This document shows, in pieces, positions 7,054 to 16,764 of a DNA stretch of 60,677 nucleotides (its first letter is position 1; each line of letters begins with the position of its first letter). Source of the DNA: Methanobacteriota archaeon (GTDB lineage Archaea; Thermoplasmatota; Poseidoniia; Poseidoniales; Poseidoniaceae); contig JABIWF010000080.1 of NCBI GenBank assembly GCA_018701175.1, positions 1 through 60,677 on the forward strand, given 5' to 3'. Made by a program: the position numbers and the translations under genes. The notes under the pieces were generated by a model that had not been told where the DNA came from, did no database searches, and saw only the letters and a list, made by a program, of their open reading frames with translations.

Positions 7054-8724
7054 GTGCTTATGGATGGGGGGCACTTGCGTTCAATTACCGGATGTGGAAC
7101 CTTGGAAGCATGGGATGTCATCGTATTAGGCGACGGGCCTGCAGCCCTCCGTTCTGCAGCAGAATCAGCTAAGTCTGGAGCATCCACATTGATGCTTTGT
7201 GAGAACGCACTGGGGAGCACTTCGCATTTTGCCCAAGACGGGCTTGCTGCACCCCTGCAAGAGTCGAATAACCGAGACCACCGTGAAGATACTATTCGCT
7301 CAGGAGCGTTCTTGAACGACCAAGACATTGTCGCTCTTCGCACTGCTGCTGCTACTCGGCAAGTGGATTTACTTGAGCGCTGGGGCTTAACGTTCCGCCG
7401 CGATGCTCAGGGCCTACCTATGGCACGAAAGGCAATTGGTCACGGCAAGGCCCGTAACGCAGACGCTGGCGATGCTACAGGCCGTGAAATACAGCAAATC
7501 CTCGAAGAACAATGCATGAGGTATGGCGTAACGCGCCGTGGTGATCATTTGCCCCTTTCTCTCATCCATACCAACGAATCTGTTAGCGGAATCACGGTCG
7601 TGGATACCGTCAACGGTCGAATTACAGCACTTCAAGCCAAAGCCATTATCATCGCTGATGGTGGATTTGAGGGAGCGTTCAGCCATGGCCAAGTCGGCCT
7701 TGGATTAGACCTCGCCCTACGTGCAGGTGTGCCATTGCGAGATATGGAGTTCATTGCACATTCACCTCTTGGCATCAAAGATACCAATCTCATTCTGCCT
7801 CTCGGCCTCTTGCATGATGGCGCAACGCTCCATGAAGCCAGTGGCTCTGACCTGGAATTTGGAGAATCTACGCTTGATGAAGTGTGCCAAATGGTTTCGA
7901 ACGCAAAACAACCTGTCATCGATGCTCGTAATTTGGGCGACGCCTCTGGATGGTGGAATGCTGTATTCCGAACCGTTAAGCAACGAACTGGAATTGACAT
8001 GTCCCGTCAAACAGTTGGTATTGAATCACGCCCATATGCTACCATTGGCGGCATTACGGTCGATGAACACGGTAGGGCTATTCTTTCCACATGGTCTCGA
8101 TGGTTTACCGGCCTATATGCTGCTGGTGACGCCTCATGCTCAGGATTCCACGGAGCGGACATCTTGCCTGGAAACAGAATGCTGGATGCGGTCCTAGGCG
8201 GGGCAGCCGCAGGCGCTCATGCTGGGAAATGGGTAAAAAACCGACAATTCACGAACGCTCAGGCTGCACATGAAGCAGAGCAAGCGGCACAAGCAGATCA
8301 CTCTGCAGTTTCGGAACTTTCTGATGAGGGCGTAGTTCGCGTAGGTCATGTAGTGACCAAAGTACGAGACGCTGTACAATCTTCCCTCGGCATGAGCCGG
8401 GATGCAGACGGCCTCACTTCCCTCATTGAGACTTTGGAAGCCGCTTCAGTCCTTGCGGAATCGATTCACGTTGACCAGTCTTCATTGATTGCGAACATGA
8501 ATCTAGTTGAAATTGCTCGAGTTCAGGCATCTGCTCGACTTTCTCTTGCGGCAGCACAGTCAGCCCTTGCCAGAAAGGAAACACGTGGCAGCCACCACCG
8601 CTCTGACTTTACTGAATTCAATGAGGAACACCTCCACCATTACGCTGTTAATCAGATGGGTGAAGTGAGTACGCTCGCACTCCGTAAGAGCAAATCTGGT
8701 AATTGGATTCTCACTCCTCAATGA
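7054..8724 (+). CDS. FAD flavoprotein of the L-aspartate oxidase / succinate dehydrogenase-fumarate reductase family
   Basis: Dinucleotide fold DVIVLGDGPAAL. STSHFAQDGLAAP resembles the (R)SH..AQGG segment. Also GLYAAGDASCSGFHGADILPGNRMLD and a C-terminal ETRGSHHRSDF. No Fe-S (SdhB-type) subunit is adjacent, which favours NadB. Start is GTG 7054 or ATG 7060. Confidence 0.65.
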   Translation: MLMDGGHLRSITGCGTLEAWDVIVLGDGPAALRSAAESAKSGASTLMLCENALGSTSHFAQDGLAAPLQESNNRDHREDTIRSGAFLNDQDIVALRTAAATRQVDLLERWGLTFRRDAQGLPMARKAIGHGKARNADAGDATGREIQQILEEQCMRYGVTRRGDHLPLSLIHTNESVSGITVVDTVNGRITALQAKAIIIADGGFEGAFSHGQVGLGLDLALRAGVPLRDMEFIAHSPLGIKDTNLILPLGLLHDGATLHEASGSDLEFGESTLDEVCQMVSNAKQPVIDARNLGDASGWWNAVFRTVKQRTGIDMSRQTVGIESRPYATIGGITVDEHGRAILSTWSRWFTGLYAAGDASCSGFHGADILPGNRMLDAVLGGAAAGAHAGKWVKNRQFTNAQAAHEAEQAAQADHSAVSELSDEGVVRVGHVVTKVRDAVQSSLGMSRDADGLTSLIETLEAASVLAESIHVDQSSLIANMNLVEIARVQASARLSLAAAQSALARKETRGSHHRSDFTEFNEEHLHHYAVNQMGEVSTLALRKSKSGNWILTPQ

Positions 8725-8780
8725 GCGAAAACCCTCTTTTTCCGGTGAATCACTGAAAAGGTAAACCTCGTGGCAAGGAC

Positions 8781-9221
8781 ATGGGCGTACCAACCTTGTT
8801 CGACCAAATCATCTCTGGTGAGGTGCCTTCCCACCGTGTTGCTGAAGGTGAACAATGGTATGCATTCCTCGATATATTCCCGCGTTGCGAGGGACACACT
8901 CTTGTTGTTCCTAAGCAGAGCGCTCAACATATTGCTTCACTTTCCAACCAATCGAGGAACGCTTTGTTTGAAGGGGTCGCTGAAGTACAACGCCGTCTTT
9001 CGCATCACTTCTCCACATCTGATTTCACCGTCTGTGTGCACGACGGACCTCTTGCCGGTCAAGAAGTGCCTCATGTCCATGTTCATGTCTTACCGCGACA
9101 ATCGGGCGATGGTGGTTTGACACTTCATTCAATGTGGCCTCATTCCCCGCCAATGGGTGGTGAGGTCGACCATGGCCCACTTGCGTTTCTCTCTGAATCT
9201 TTACGCGAGGTGGCAGAATGA
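8781..9221 (+). CDS. HIT-family (histidine triad) nucleotide hydrolase/transferase
   Basis: LFDQIISGEVPSHRV..., FLDIFPRCEGHTLVVPK, and the histidine triad HVHVHVLPR. Confidence 0.85.
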   Translation: MGVPTLFDQIISGEVPSHRVAEGEQWYAFLDIFPRCEGHTLVVPKQSAQHIASLSNQSRNALFEGVAEVQRRLSHHFSTSDFTVCVHDGPLAGQEVPHVHVHVLPRQSGDGGLTLHSMWPHSPPMGGEVDHGPLAFLSESLREVAE

Positions 9222-10840
9222 GTCAGCCAATGAAGGATGGAGCGACCGATCATCGCGGTGAGAAGTTGCCAGAATTATCGAAGTCGGCAAAGAACATGCA
9301 AATGGATAAACTGCTCTCGGCTCCAATGCCAACGTTCGACGGCAAAACCCCCGGCTCCCCATTTTGGTCAAATGTTGCGTATTGGATAGCACGACGTATT
9401 TTGGCAGTTCAGTTCCGAACCAGTGAGGTTTCAGGAATTGAAACTCTTCCGATGGATCGTGGAAATCTGTGCTGTGCATGGCATACAAACGGGCTCATGG
9501 ACCCATTGCAAATCGTCCTCAAGCACCCCAAGAATTTCGTTATGGGCGGAAGGCACGACCTCGTCACACGCCCACTGTTGAGTTGGTGGACGCGTAAATT
9601 GGCAGTCCAGCCTGTTGTAAGGAAAGCTGAATTATTGCGCGGTGGGTGCAGTGAAGAAGAGGCCACCCAAATTAACGGGCGCTCTTTACTGATGCTTTCT
9701 ACCGGCATCTCAGCCGGGTTTGGCTGCGTTCTGTTTCCCGAGGGTACCAGTCACGACGAGTCCTCAATGCTCCGATTTCGAACCGGACCATTCCGTACCG
9801 TTTTTGCAGCAGCCGCTTTAGCCAAAGCATCAAACAAGCCTCTCCCCGCAGTCATCCCAATAGGTCTACATTTCAGAGAACGAGAAAAATTTCGCACGGA
9901 CGTTTGGGTAGAGTACGGCTCGCCACACACAATTGCTGAAGAAGAAATACCTCTCGATTTAGTTCAAGCCGTATCACATGGCAATTGGGTTGAGCCTCCA
10001 GCAGAAAGTGTGTTTTCGTTGCGTGACAAAATTCGTACGCAACTGGTTCCACTTACACCGAACACCAGTACTTGGGAAGAATACCATGCTCTCCAATTAA
10101 TGGGGCACGTGGAATCTCTGAGAACCAATCAACCGCTCGTTTCATGGAGAGAGGAAGTGCAATCGGCACGTGCACTGAGGCTTTTATTGCAACCTCAACT
10201 TACCGAGCAAGAGGTCATCAAAAACGTAGCAGTGCCGGAGATTACCCACCCTGCAATCGGTTCGGCGAAAGCGGCCGCACTGATTCTCAATGAGTGCCAA
10301 TTAGATGGACGTGACCTCAATGCATCAGGTACTGATTTGCGACGCGTTGAACCCTTTTCTTTGGTGAAAAAAGTGGTACGGCTACCACTGCTACTCTCAC
10401 TTCTTCCTTTGTTTATCTATGCGTATACACCGCAAATCGCCATGGGGCGAATACTCGGCGATTCAACCGACGAAGGCCTTGATGCGCGCACCTCGTATCA
10501 TTTCTTGGCAGCCATGTTTGGCTCGTTGATGTTTTGGCCGTTCATGATTTTGGGGCTATTGGCGATCGAACATGTCAACCACGAAACCCTCGTATCTGTT
10601 CTCGGTTTCGACTGGCTGAATATCATCGGTACATCTTCACTTCACCAAAACTTAGCTCGAATGCTTTTCATGTTGGCTGTACTACCTTGTTTCTGGTTAT
10701 GCGGCCGAACATCGACTCTTCTATGGGATGATTGGTGTGATTTGAAACGAGCAATGCGCCGATTCCGATTCAACAGCACGAAGCGCCAAAACCTTCGAGG
10801 CGCCCTCAAAATCCTTCATTCTGAGATGGATAAATTGTGA
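9218..10840 (+). CDS. PlsC-type glycerolipid acyltransferase domain fused to a multi-TM C-terminal region
   Basis: H(x)4D block CCAWHTNGLMDP and FPEGT block VLFPEGTSHD. Hydrophobic C-terminal helices (LPLLLSLLPLFIYAY, FLAAMFGSLMFWPFMILGLLAI, MLFMLAVLPCFWLCG). ATGA overlap with the HIT gene stop. Confidence 0.75.
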   Translation: MSQPMKDGATDHRGEKLPELSKSAKNMQMDKLLSAPMPTFDGKTPGSPFWSNVAYWIARRILAVQFRTSEVSGIETLPMDRGNLCCAWHTNGLMDPLQIVLKHPKNFVMGGRHDLVTRPLLSWWTRKLAVQPVVRKAELLRGGCSEEEATQINGRSLLMLSTGISAGFGCVLFPEGTSHDESSMLRFRTGPFRTVFAAAALAKASNKPLPAVIPIGLHFREREKFRTDVWVEYGSPHTIAEEEIPLDLVQAVSHGNWVEPPAESVFSLRDKIRTQLVPLTPNTSTWEEYHALQLMGHVESLRTNQPLVSWREEVQSARALRLLLQPQLTEQEVIKNVAVPEITHPAIGSAKAAALILNECQLDGRDLNASGTDLRRVEPFSLVKKVVRLPLLLSLLPLFIYAYTPQIAMGRILGDSTDEGLDARTSYHFLAAMFGSLMFWPFMILGLLAIEHVNHETLVSVLGFDWLNIIGTSSLHQNLARMLFMLAVLPCFWLCGRTSTLLWDDWCDLKRAMRRFRFNSTKRQNLRGALKILHSEMDKL

Positions 10841-10852
10841 CCGCCTACAAGG

Positions 10853-11536
10853 GTGCGGTTCAAACGAGAGGAGTGTCTCGGGATGAGCATGGGGAGCGGG
10901 GATGCAGAACTCAATATACGCCAATGGCTCAAGGAAGAACGCCTTGTCGCCAAGGAACAGAAAGATCCGAGGGCAGAGATGCATTTGCTAATACGCTACC
11001 CTCAGGGGCCACAAGGACATATGTTCGCAGTGGTTATCCCGAAGGGGCGAGATTTGGTTGCTGTTTCTAGCATGACTCGCGTCGATGAGGGTCAACAAAA
11101 AGAGATGGCAACTCACATGAAAGAAGACAAAGAAACATGGCTGGAATGGATTCACGATGTCCGTTTACAGTTAATTCGAACCAGTGTTGATTGGGGGATT
11201 CACATGGGTCATGAAGGTGACCAAAAAACAGGACCACTTCAAGCGTTTAACGTCAGCCTACCGCTTTGGTTCGACGGTCTAACAAAAAACGATTTCATGC
11301 ATACTCTTCGCCGCCTTTGGTTGGCCAAACTTGGAGTTATTCACGAAATCAAGTTCACTCATGGCCCAGGCGTCGGGAAACCAGGTCCTGTTGATGATTG
11401 GGTAAAAGCCAAGCAAGAAGGAAAGACGCCGACTGTGACTTCCGACGAATCGTCAGAGCAATCGACTCATCATGAAATTGAATTCGATGAAAAGATGTCC
11501 TTTGGTTCCGGTTTTGACCCCTCGGAATGGGCTTGA
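10853..11536 (+). CDS. Hypothetical soluble protein
   Basis: 227-aa ORF (GTG 10853; alternative ATGs at 10883 and 10889) with coding-like composition and no recognisable motif. Confidence 0.55.
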   Translation: MRFKREECLGMSMGSGDAELNIRQWLKEERLVAKEQKDPRAEMHLLIRYPQGPQGHMFAVVIPKGRDLVAVSSMTRVDEGQQKEMATHMKEDKETWLEWIHDVRLQLIRTSVDWGIHMGHEGDQKTGPLQAFNVSLPLWFDGLTKNDFMHTLRRLWLAKLGVIHEIKFTHGPGVGKPGPVDDWVKAKQEGKTPTVTSDESSEQSTHHEIEFDEKMSFGSGFDPSEWA

Positions 11537-11646
11537 GCACTCGATTCTGACTCGCACCATGCGAGAGCGAAATATGACATGTAACAGTCGCGGTTAAGTA
11601 TCATAAGATTGTGCTTTTTCTTAGTCTAACCTAGGGATGTGTATTT

Positions 11647-14600
11647 ATGGGTCAAAAAATAAAGTCAGTCAGTCTTGTATCAATCATGTTGCTTTCAGTG
11701 ATGTCTACGCTTTTCTTAGCGTCACTTACCGCAACAGCGAACACCGTAGTTATCACCGAAGCGATTCAAATCGTTGACGGAGGGACATCTTCCGACACCC
11801 AAACAGCTGTTGGCTCGGACAGCGAAGGTAACGTTCACGTTGTTTGGACTCGTAACAATCTCCACCTTTACTATTCCATGATTTCACCTCGTGGTGAAAC
11901 AATGATTGACACCACTCAAATCACGAACCCAGGACTTCACAAGATTTGGCACCCTGACATGGTTGTTGACGAAAACGACAAAATCCACATCGTTTGGGCA
12001 GATAAATCAGGCCAACACAAAATCATGTACACTGTGCTCAACCCATGGGCTGCCTCACTCGATGGTATGGCATCTGACGATGGAACACTTTCCGCAATTG
12101 ACGACCATGTCGTTTCAAGCCGTGCGCAAAACCGCGACTGGCCTGCTATCGATATCGACAGCCAAGGTGGCGTACACATCGTCTGGGAAGATTCCTATGA
12201 CTCTGAAGGCAAGTTCTTCAGCCAACCTCAGATTTACTACTCCATGTTGTCCCCGGACATCAGCAGTGGTGCTGTTATCACGAACTTTGACGACACATTA
12301 CTTACTCCTATTATTGGTCACAAGGGCCACCCGGATGTTGTCGTTGACGCCAACGATTACGTCCAAATCGCATGGGATGATACCCGAGGCGGCAAAGTAG
12401 AACTCAGTTTCATCGTTGACACCTCTGGTTCGATGTATTCGGAATGGGCAGACATCTGCACTGTTGTCTACGGTGGTAACTTTGCTTCCGGTGGTTACTT
12501 CGAAGGAATCAAGCCATTGCTGGAAACTGCAAACATGACTGTTTACGAGACCATCTATGGTCTCGGAAACTCATTGCCAGGTGCAGCGAACTCAGGAAAT
12601 TGCGCAGGTAAAAATCAAAATTCTGGCCCTCGTACAACACCTCTCGGACAAACACCAGGTGACGACTCTGGTGGTATCCGACTGCTGTCAAGCACCGTGT
12701 ACAATGGCAACACATACTCTGGATCTTCCGGTGAAGATTGGGGTCCAGGTACAAACTGGGGTTGCCTCTCATGGAAAGATGCTCAAGGTAACGTTCCAGG
12801 AAACCCACCTACTCAAGACGATCACCGATGGAATCCAAACGCAACGAAAATCATCATTCCAGTATCCGATGAAGGTCCAAAGGACGGAGACCCATCGCAA
12901 CAAGCAGATGATCTGACCTCAATTGAAGAAGCACACGACAACTGTATCAATGCAGGCGTCATTCCAGTCGGCCTTTACGGACAAGGATACGGCGGTGCAG
13001 GTAACATCCAATCTCACTTCATGGATTTGACTCAGTGTCCAAACAATGTCGTATCAACTGCGACTCGAAACTGCCCAGGTAACACGCTACGAAATTCCGA
13101 CGCAGGCGGACAAACCTACGAGTTCCCATCCGGTAGCGGTGGAGCCAATGCAATGGCTCTGCTTGTTGAAGCAATGGTTTACATTTCGACCAACAACTCC
13201 CGAGAAATCTACATGACCGTTCTTGACCCCTACGGCAAGATGAACAACGACCCAACTTGGACTCCAGGTGCAACTGGACACTCGGTTGTCAACGGCGGAT
13301 ACGTCGAAGATACCGGTGCAGGCGCAGACGGCCACCTCGTGGTTGTCAACGACACACGCGTCACTATTGATGATGCATACTCGTTCCACCCATCGATTGG
13401 CGTTGACATGCAAGGCAACACCCACATCGCTTGGATGGATGGCCGCAACTACGGATTTGAGAAAGGCGTGAATTACGAAGTGTTCTACACCAAACTCCGT
13501 CTGCAAGGCGCTGGTGCATGGGATGGTGCTGATCAAGGACTATCCACATACGCTATCAAGAAAATTCAAGACACCCCAATCTCCAATGTTGAAGGAAACG
13601 GTGGCTTACCTGGAAACCGACCGTTCGGTGGAAACTCAGTTTTCCCTGCCCTTCTCACCGATGACCAAAACAACGTTCACATCGCATGGGTTGATTCTGG
13701 TAACGCAACCGCAGGCGAAGAAATCGTTTACACCCGCCTCAACTCGACCGACTTGACTGGACCTGGTCTTACCGCCCTAGACCCTTGGGAAACCGTTCCT
13801 GTCACCTCATGGGCGAGCAATAAGCTCGGGCCGAACTCTGGCAGTCAGCCGAGCATAGGTATGCCGCCCGCATTTTCAAATGACTTAGGAAGTGGTGCGC
13901 ACCTTGCATGGTCGGACACGAATAAGTGTGGTGAAGAGGCCAACAATAACCGTTTCACTATTTGTTATTCACACGTTCTCACTGGTCAAGTAGATGTTGA
14001 TTTCCAAGATGGAGAAACCTACTACCACGTTATCGAACCTGGTGAACAAACCATCTATAACATGACAATGAACAATTCTACCCCTGGTCCAAAGGACCTC
14101 GTCGCTGATACATTTGGCCTCAACATCTCAGGTGTCCCACAAAATTGGACCGCCACCCTGTTCTTTGCTGATAACCACACGACCATCATGCCAGACACGG
14201 CAATCTTCCTCGAAGGCGGAGAAGATATGCGCTTCTACATGCGTGTTCGAGCTCCATCTGTATACCAGGCTGATGCCGATCAGATTGCCGATATATCGGT
14301 GACGGCGAAGTCATACAAAGACCCGGCCATCCAATCAGATATCGTTACCCGTACGCTGATGGATGTTGTACACGGCATAAATCTGGACGCATCACACAGC
14401 ATGGCTGACGTTGAACAAGGTCAAACTGCTATCTTTTCGATTACGATTACCAACACAGGTAACGTCAACGATCAGTTCGTGTTCTGGGACCCATACACGC
14501 TTGAAGGACGCCAAGAATGGCTGCTTCAGTTTGGTTGGACTGTCAACTTCCCAACCAGCGTTGAATTGGACCCTGGACAATCGGTTACAAAGAATCTAGA

Positions 14601-16737
14601 AGTCTTTGTTCCCACCTCTGAAGACCCCGGAGCCTTCGTGATTTATCTTAAGGGATGGTCTGCTGGCGAACCGATTAAGTCGATTGAAAAAGGAACATAC
14701 GATGTGCTTGAACTCGGTGTTTTCGTGTCGATTCGCTCAACTGGAAACATCGTCATGGAATTGTTCGATACCAGCGAATATGTTGATCCTGGAGAATGTG
14801 CCACTTATCCAATAGATGTCACGAAGAACTTCGATTCCGGCAAACTTGTCTTCGTCACCCCAGGTGCTCCTGAAGAAAAGCCTGATACCATTTCGATGGA
14901 TGCTTGGAGAGAAGATAACTGGGTATTGAGCCTCGACTTCTCGAACGCTCCAGGCGGCAACTCGGTTGACCTCAGTGAACCACGAGACTGGAATATTCCA
15001 CCTGGCGCAGAGTTCGTGACCTATGAGGTGAGCGTTGATGTATGTGCTCCAACGAAGGCTTCTGCTGGACTTGGTCCAGCGGTTATCGTCAAAGCTTACC
15101 TTGACGGTTATCCGAGAATATCTGCTTCAAAGATTCTGTCAACGAATGTGAACCACGTGTATCAACTCAGTGCGAGTGCGGACATTGCAGACGATGACAA
15201 GCTGACTCTCAATGGCCAAGAAGTTCTTCCAGTGACCCCGGGACAACAAGTGATCATACCGACCACCGTTACCAACCATGGAAACGGACCTGACCGCTTT
15301 GATTACCGACTCGCTCGAGTAACAGACCCTGCTGGCGTTGATGTCATCTGGGACATTGAAGTCCCTCGAGGCAATCTGGTAGAACTTTCCCGCGATACCA
15401 ATCAAATCTTTGACGTTACAATGAATGTTCCTGACCAAGTTGAATCTGGAGTCTACACCGTCGTGTTCCAGACTTTCTCAGAAGAATCCTACCCTGATGC
15501 CAGCGGTCGTTTGACCCGACTACGGTATGTACAGACTATTCCTGTATACGTTGAAGAATTCTACGACATGCAAATCTCCATGGATTCCACAGTTGACAAC
15601 GCTGTGAAGACCTCTGCTCCAGGACGTATCGTTCGTTTCGAACTGAACATTACCAACAACGGAAACGTCCCTGACTGGCCGACCCTGAACAATCACACTG
15701 CAAAGGTCGATGGTGATGTTCAAGTTATGAGCGAATTACCTGGAATGGGCTCACTGTCTGAATGGGCTGTTGAATGGCGACTTGTCAAGCAAATCGGAAC
15801 AGATTTGACAACTGAAGAACCTTGTGAAGTGGTCGCTTCTGTTGAGACCACAACCGGTAACGAAGATGCTGCAATCGACCCTGAAGTGGTATTTGCAGAT
15901 TTGGTTGACCGCTGTATCTACCTCGAATCGGAAGACCGTTACTTCATGCCGATGATGGACGCTTACACCACTTACCCTGTTGTTGCAATCGTTAAGATTG
16001 ACCCGTCTGCAATTCTAAGCACCCGTCCAATTGGCCTGAAGGTCGTATCAAAGATGGGCAACATGCTGGATGGCGGCGACCATGACGATTCACCATCGTG
16101 GGCAGCAGAGAGTCTCGACACCAACGAATTCGTGATTACACTACGTTTGCGAGCACCGAACTTGGTTCTCTCGGAAGTTTCTGTCTCCGATAACACTGCA
16201 GATGTGGATACGACCATCCCTATTCGGGTTGTTCTCCAAAACGATGGAAACACTCACGCAACGGACATTGAAATCGTACTCTGTGAATACAAGAATGCAG
16301 CTGACCCAGACACGACTAAGGAAATCCGTAAGAACGGTTGTGCTGACGAAAACATCGTCATGCGGCAAGTCATCGGTGCACTCCTCGCTCCAGATGACAC
16401 TGAAGATTACAAGGAAATTGAACTTGTCCTGCTTTACCCTGTTTCTGCTGGTAGCCACGGTGTTTACGTCGTAGTTGACCCTTCGAATGAGATTGTGGAA
16501 TCTTCCGAGAGCGACAACGTCAAGGCAGTTGAACAAGAACTCAAGTCTACTGGCGGTATTCTCGATGTTGCCGGTGAAGTTGTTGGAAAGACAGCCCTAC
16601 CGTTTGCGGTAATTCTTCTCACCATCGCTTTGTTTGGTGTCGTGTTCTTGGTAGGACGTGGACGCAGACAAGCTGTATTGGATCGAAAGGCTGAGCAATC
16701 ATCCCTCGTGTCGGTTTTGGCTGGCGCTGAGGACTGA
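11647..16737 (+). CDS. Giant (1696 aa) cell-surface adhesin-like protein: signal peptide, W-x-D propeller-like repeats with inserted vWA domain, CARDB-like domains, C-terminal TM anchor
   Basis: Signal peptide MGQKIKSVSLVSIMLLSVMSTLFLASLTATA. Seven copies of hH(I/V/L)(V/A)W.D (NVHVVWTRN, KIHIVWADK, GVHIVWEDS, YVQIAWDDT, NTHIAWMDG, NVHIAWVDS, GAHLAWSDT). vWA MIDAS motif FIVDTSGSMY at about 12397-13207. CARDB-like ITITNTGNVNDQF, TVTNHGNGPDRF, LNITNNGNVPDW, VVLQNDGNTHATD. C-terminal TM LPFAVILLTIALFGVVFLVGRGRR. Confidence 0.85.
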   Translation: MGQKIKSVSLVSIMLLSVMSTLFLASLTATANTVVITEAIQIVDGGTSSDTQTAVGSDSEGNVHVVWTRNNLHLYYSMISPRGETMIDTTQITNPGLHKIWHPDMVVDENDKIHIVWADKSGQHKIMYTVLNPWAASLDGMASDDGTLSAIDDHVVSSRAQNRDWPAIDIDSQGGVHIVWEDSYDSEGKFFSQPQIYYSMLSPDISSGAVITNFDDTLLTPIIGHKGHPDVVVDANDYVQIAWDDTRGGKVELSFIVDTSGSMYSEWADICTVVYGGNFASGGYFEGIKPLLETANMTVYETIYGLGNSLPGAANSGNCAGKNQNSGPRTTPLGQTPGDDSGGIRLLSSTVYNGNTYSGSSGEDWGPGTNWGCLSWKDAQGNVPGNPPTQDDHRWNPNATKIIIPVSDEGPKDGDPSQQADDLTSIEEAHDNCINAGVIPVGLYGQGYGGAGNIQSHFMDLTQCPNNVVSTATRNCPGNTLRNSDAGGQTYEFPSGSGGANAMALLVEAMVYISTNNSREIYMTVLDPYGKMNNDPTWTPGATGHSVVNGGYVEDTGAGADGHLVVVNDTRVTIDDAYSFHPSIGVDMQGNTHIAWMDGRNYGFEKGVNYEVFYTKLRLQGAGAWDGADQGLSTYAIKKIQDTPISNVEGNGGLPGNRPFGGNSVFPALLTDDQNNVHIAWVDSGNATAGEEIVYTRLNSTDLTGPGLTALDPWETVPVTSWASNKLGPNSGSQPSIGMPPAFSNDLGSGAHLAWSDTNKCGEEANNNRFTICYSHVLTGQVDVDFQDGETYYHVIEPGEQTIYNMTMNNSTPGPKDLVADTFGLNISGVPQNWTATLFFADNHTTIMPDTAIFLEGGEDMRFYMRVRAPSVYQADADQIADISVTAKSYKDPAIQSDIVTRTLMDVVHGINLDASHSMADVEQGQTAIFSITITNTGNVNDQFVFWDPYTLEGRQEWLLQFGWTVNFPTSVELDPGQSVTKNLEVFVPTSEDPGAFVIYLKGWSAGEPIKSIEKGTYDVLELGVFVSIRSTGNIVMELFDTSEYVDPGECATYPIDVTKNFDSGKLVFVTPGAPEEKPDTISMDAWREDNWVLSLDFSNAPGGNSVDLSEPRDWNIPPGAEFVTYEVSVDVCAPTKASAGLGPAVIVKAYLDGYPRISASKILSTNVNHVYQLSASADIADDDKLTLNGQEVLPVTPGQQVIIPTTVTNHGNGPDRFDYRLARVTDPAGVDVIWDIEVPRGNLVELSRDTNQIFDVTMNVPDQVESGVYTVVFQTFSEESYPDASGRLTRLRYVQTIPVYVEEFYDMQISMDSTVDNAVKTSAPGRIVRFELNITNNGNVPDWPTLNNHTAKVDGDVQVMSELPGMGSLSEWAVEWRLVKQIGTDLTTEEPCEVVASVETTTGNEDAAIDPEVVFADLVDRCIYLESEDRYFMPMMDAYTTYPVVAIVKIDPSAILSTRPIGLKVVSKMGNMLDGGDHDDSPSWAAESLDTNEFVITLRLRAPNLVLSEVSVSDNTADVDTTIPIRVVLQNDGNTHATDIEIVLCEYKNAADPDTTKEIRKNGCADENIVMRQVIGALLAPDDTEDYKEIELVLLYPVSAGSHGVYVVVDPSNEIVESSESDNVKAVEQELKSTGGILDVAGEVVGKTALPFAVILLTIALFGVVFLVGRGRRQAVLDRKAEQSSLVSVLAGAED

Positions 16738-16764
16738 GAGCAAGACAATTGCTGAGATGGCGTT

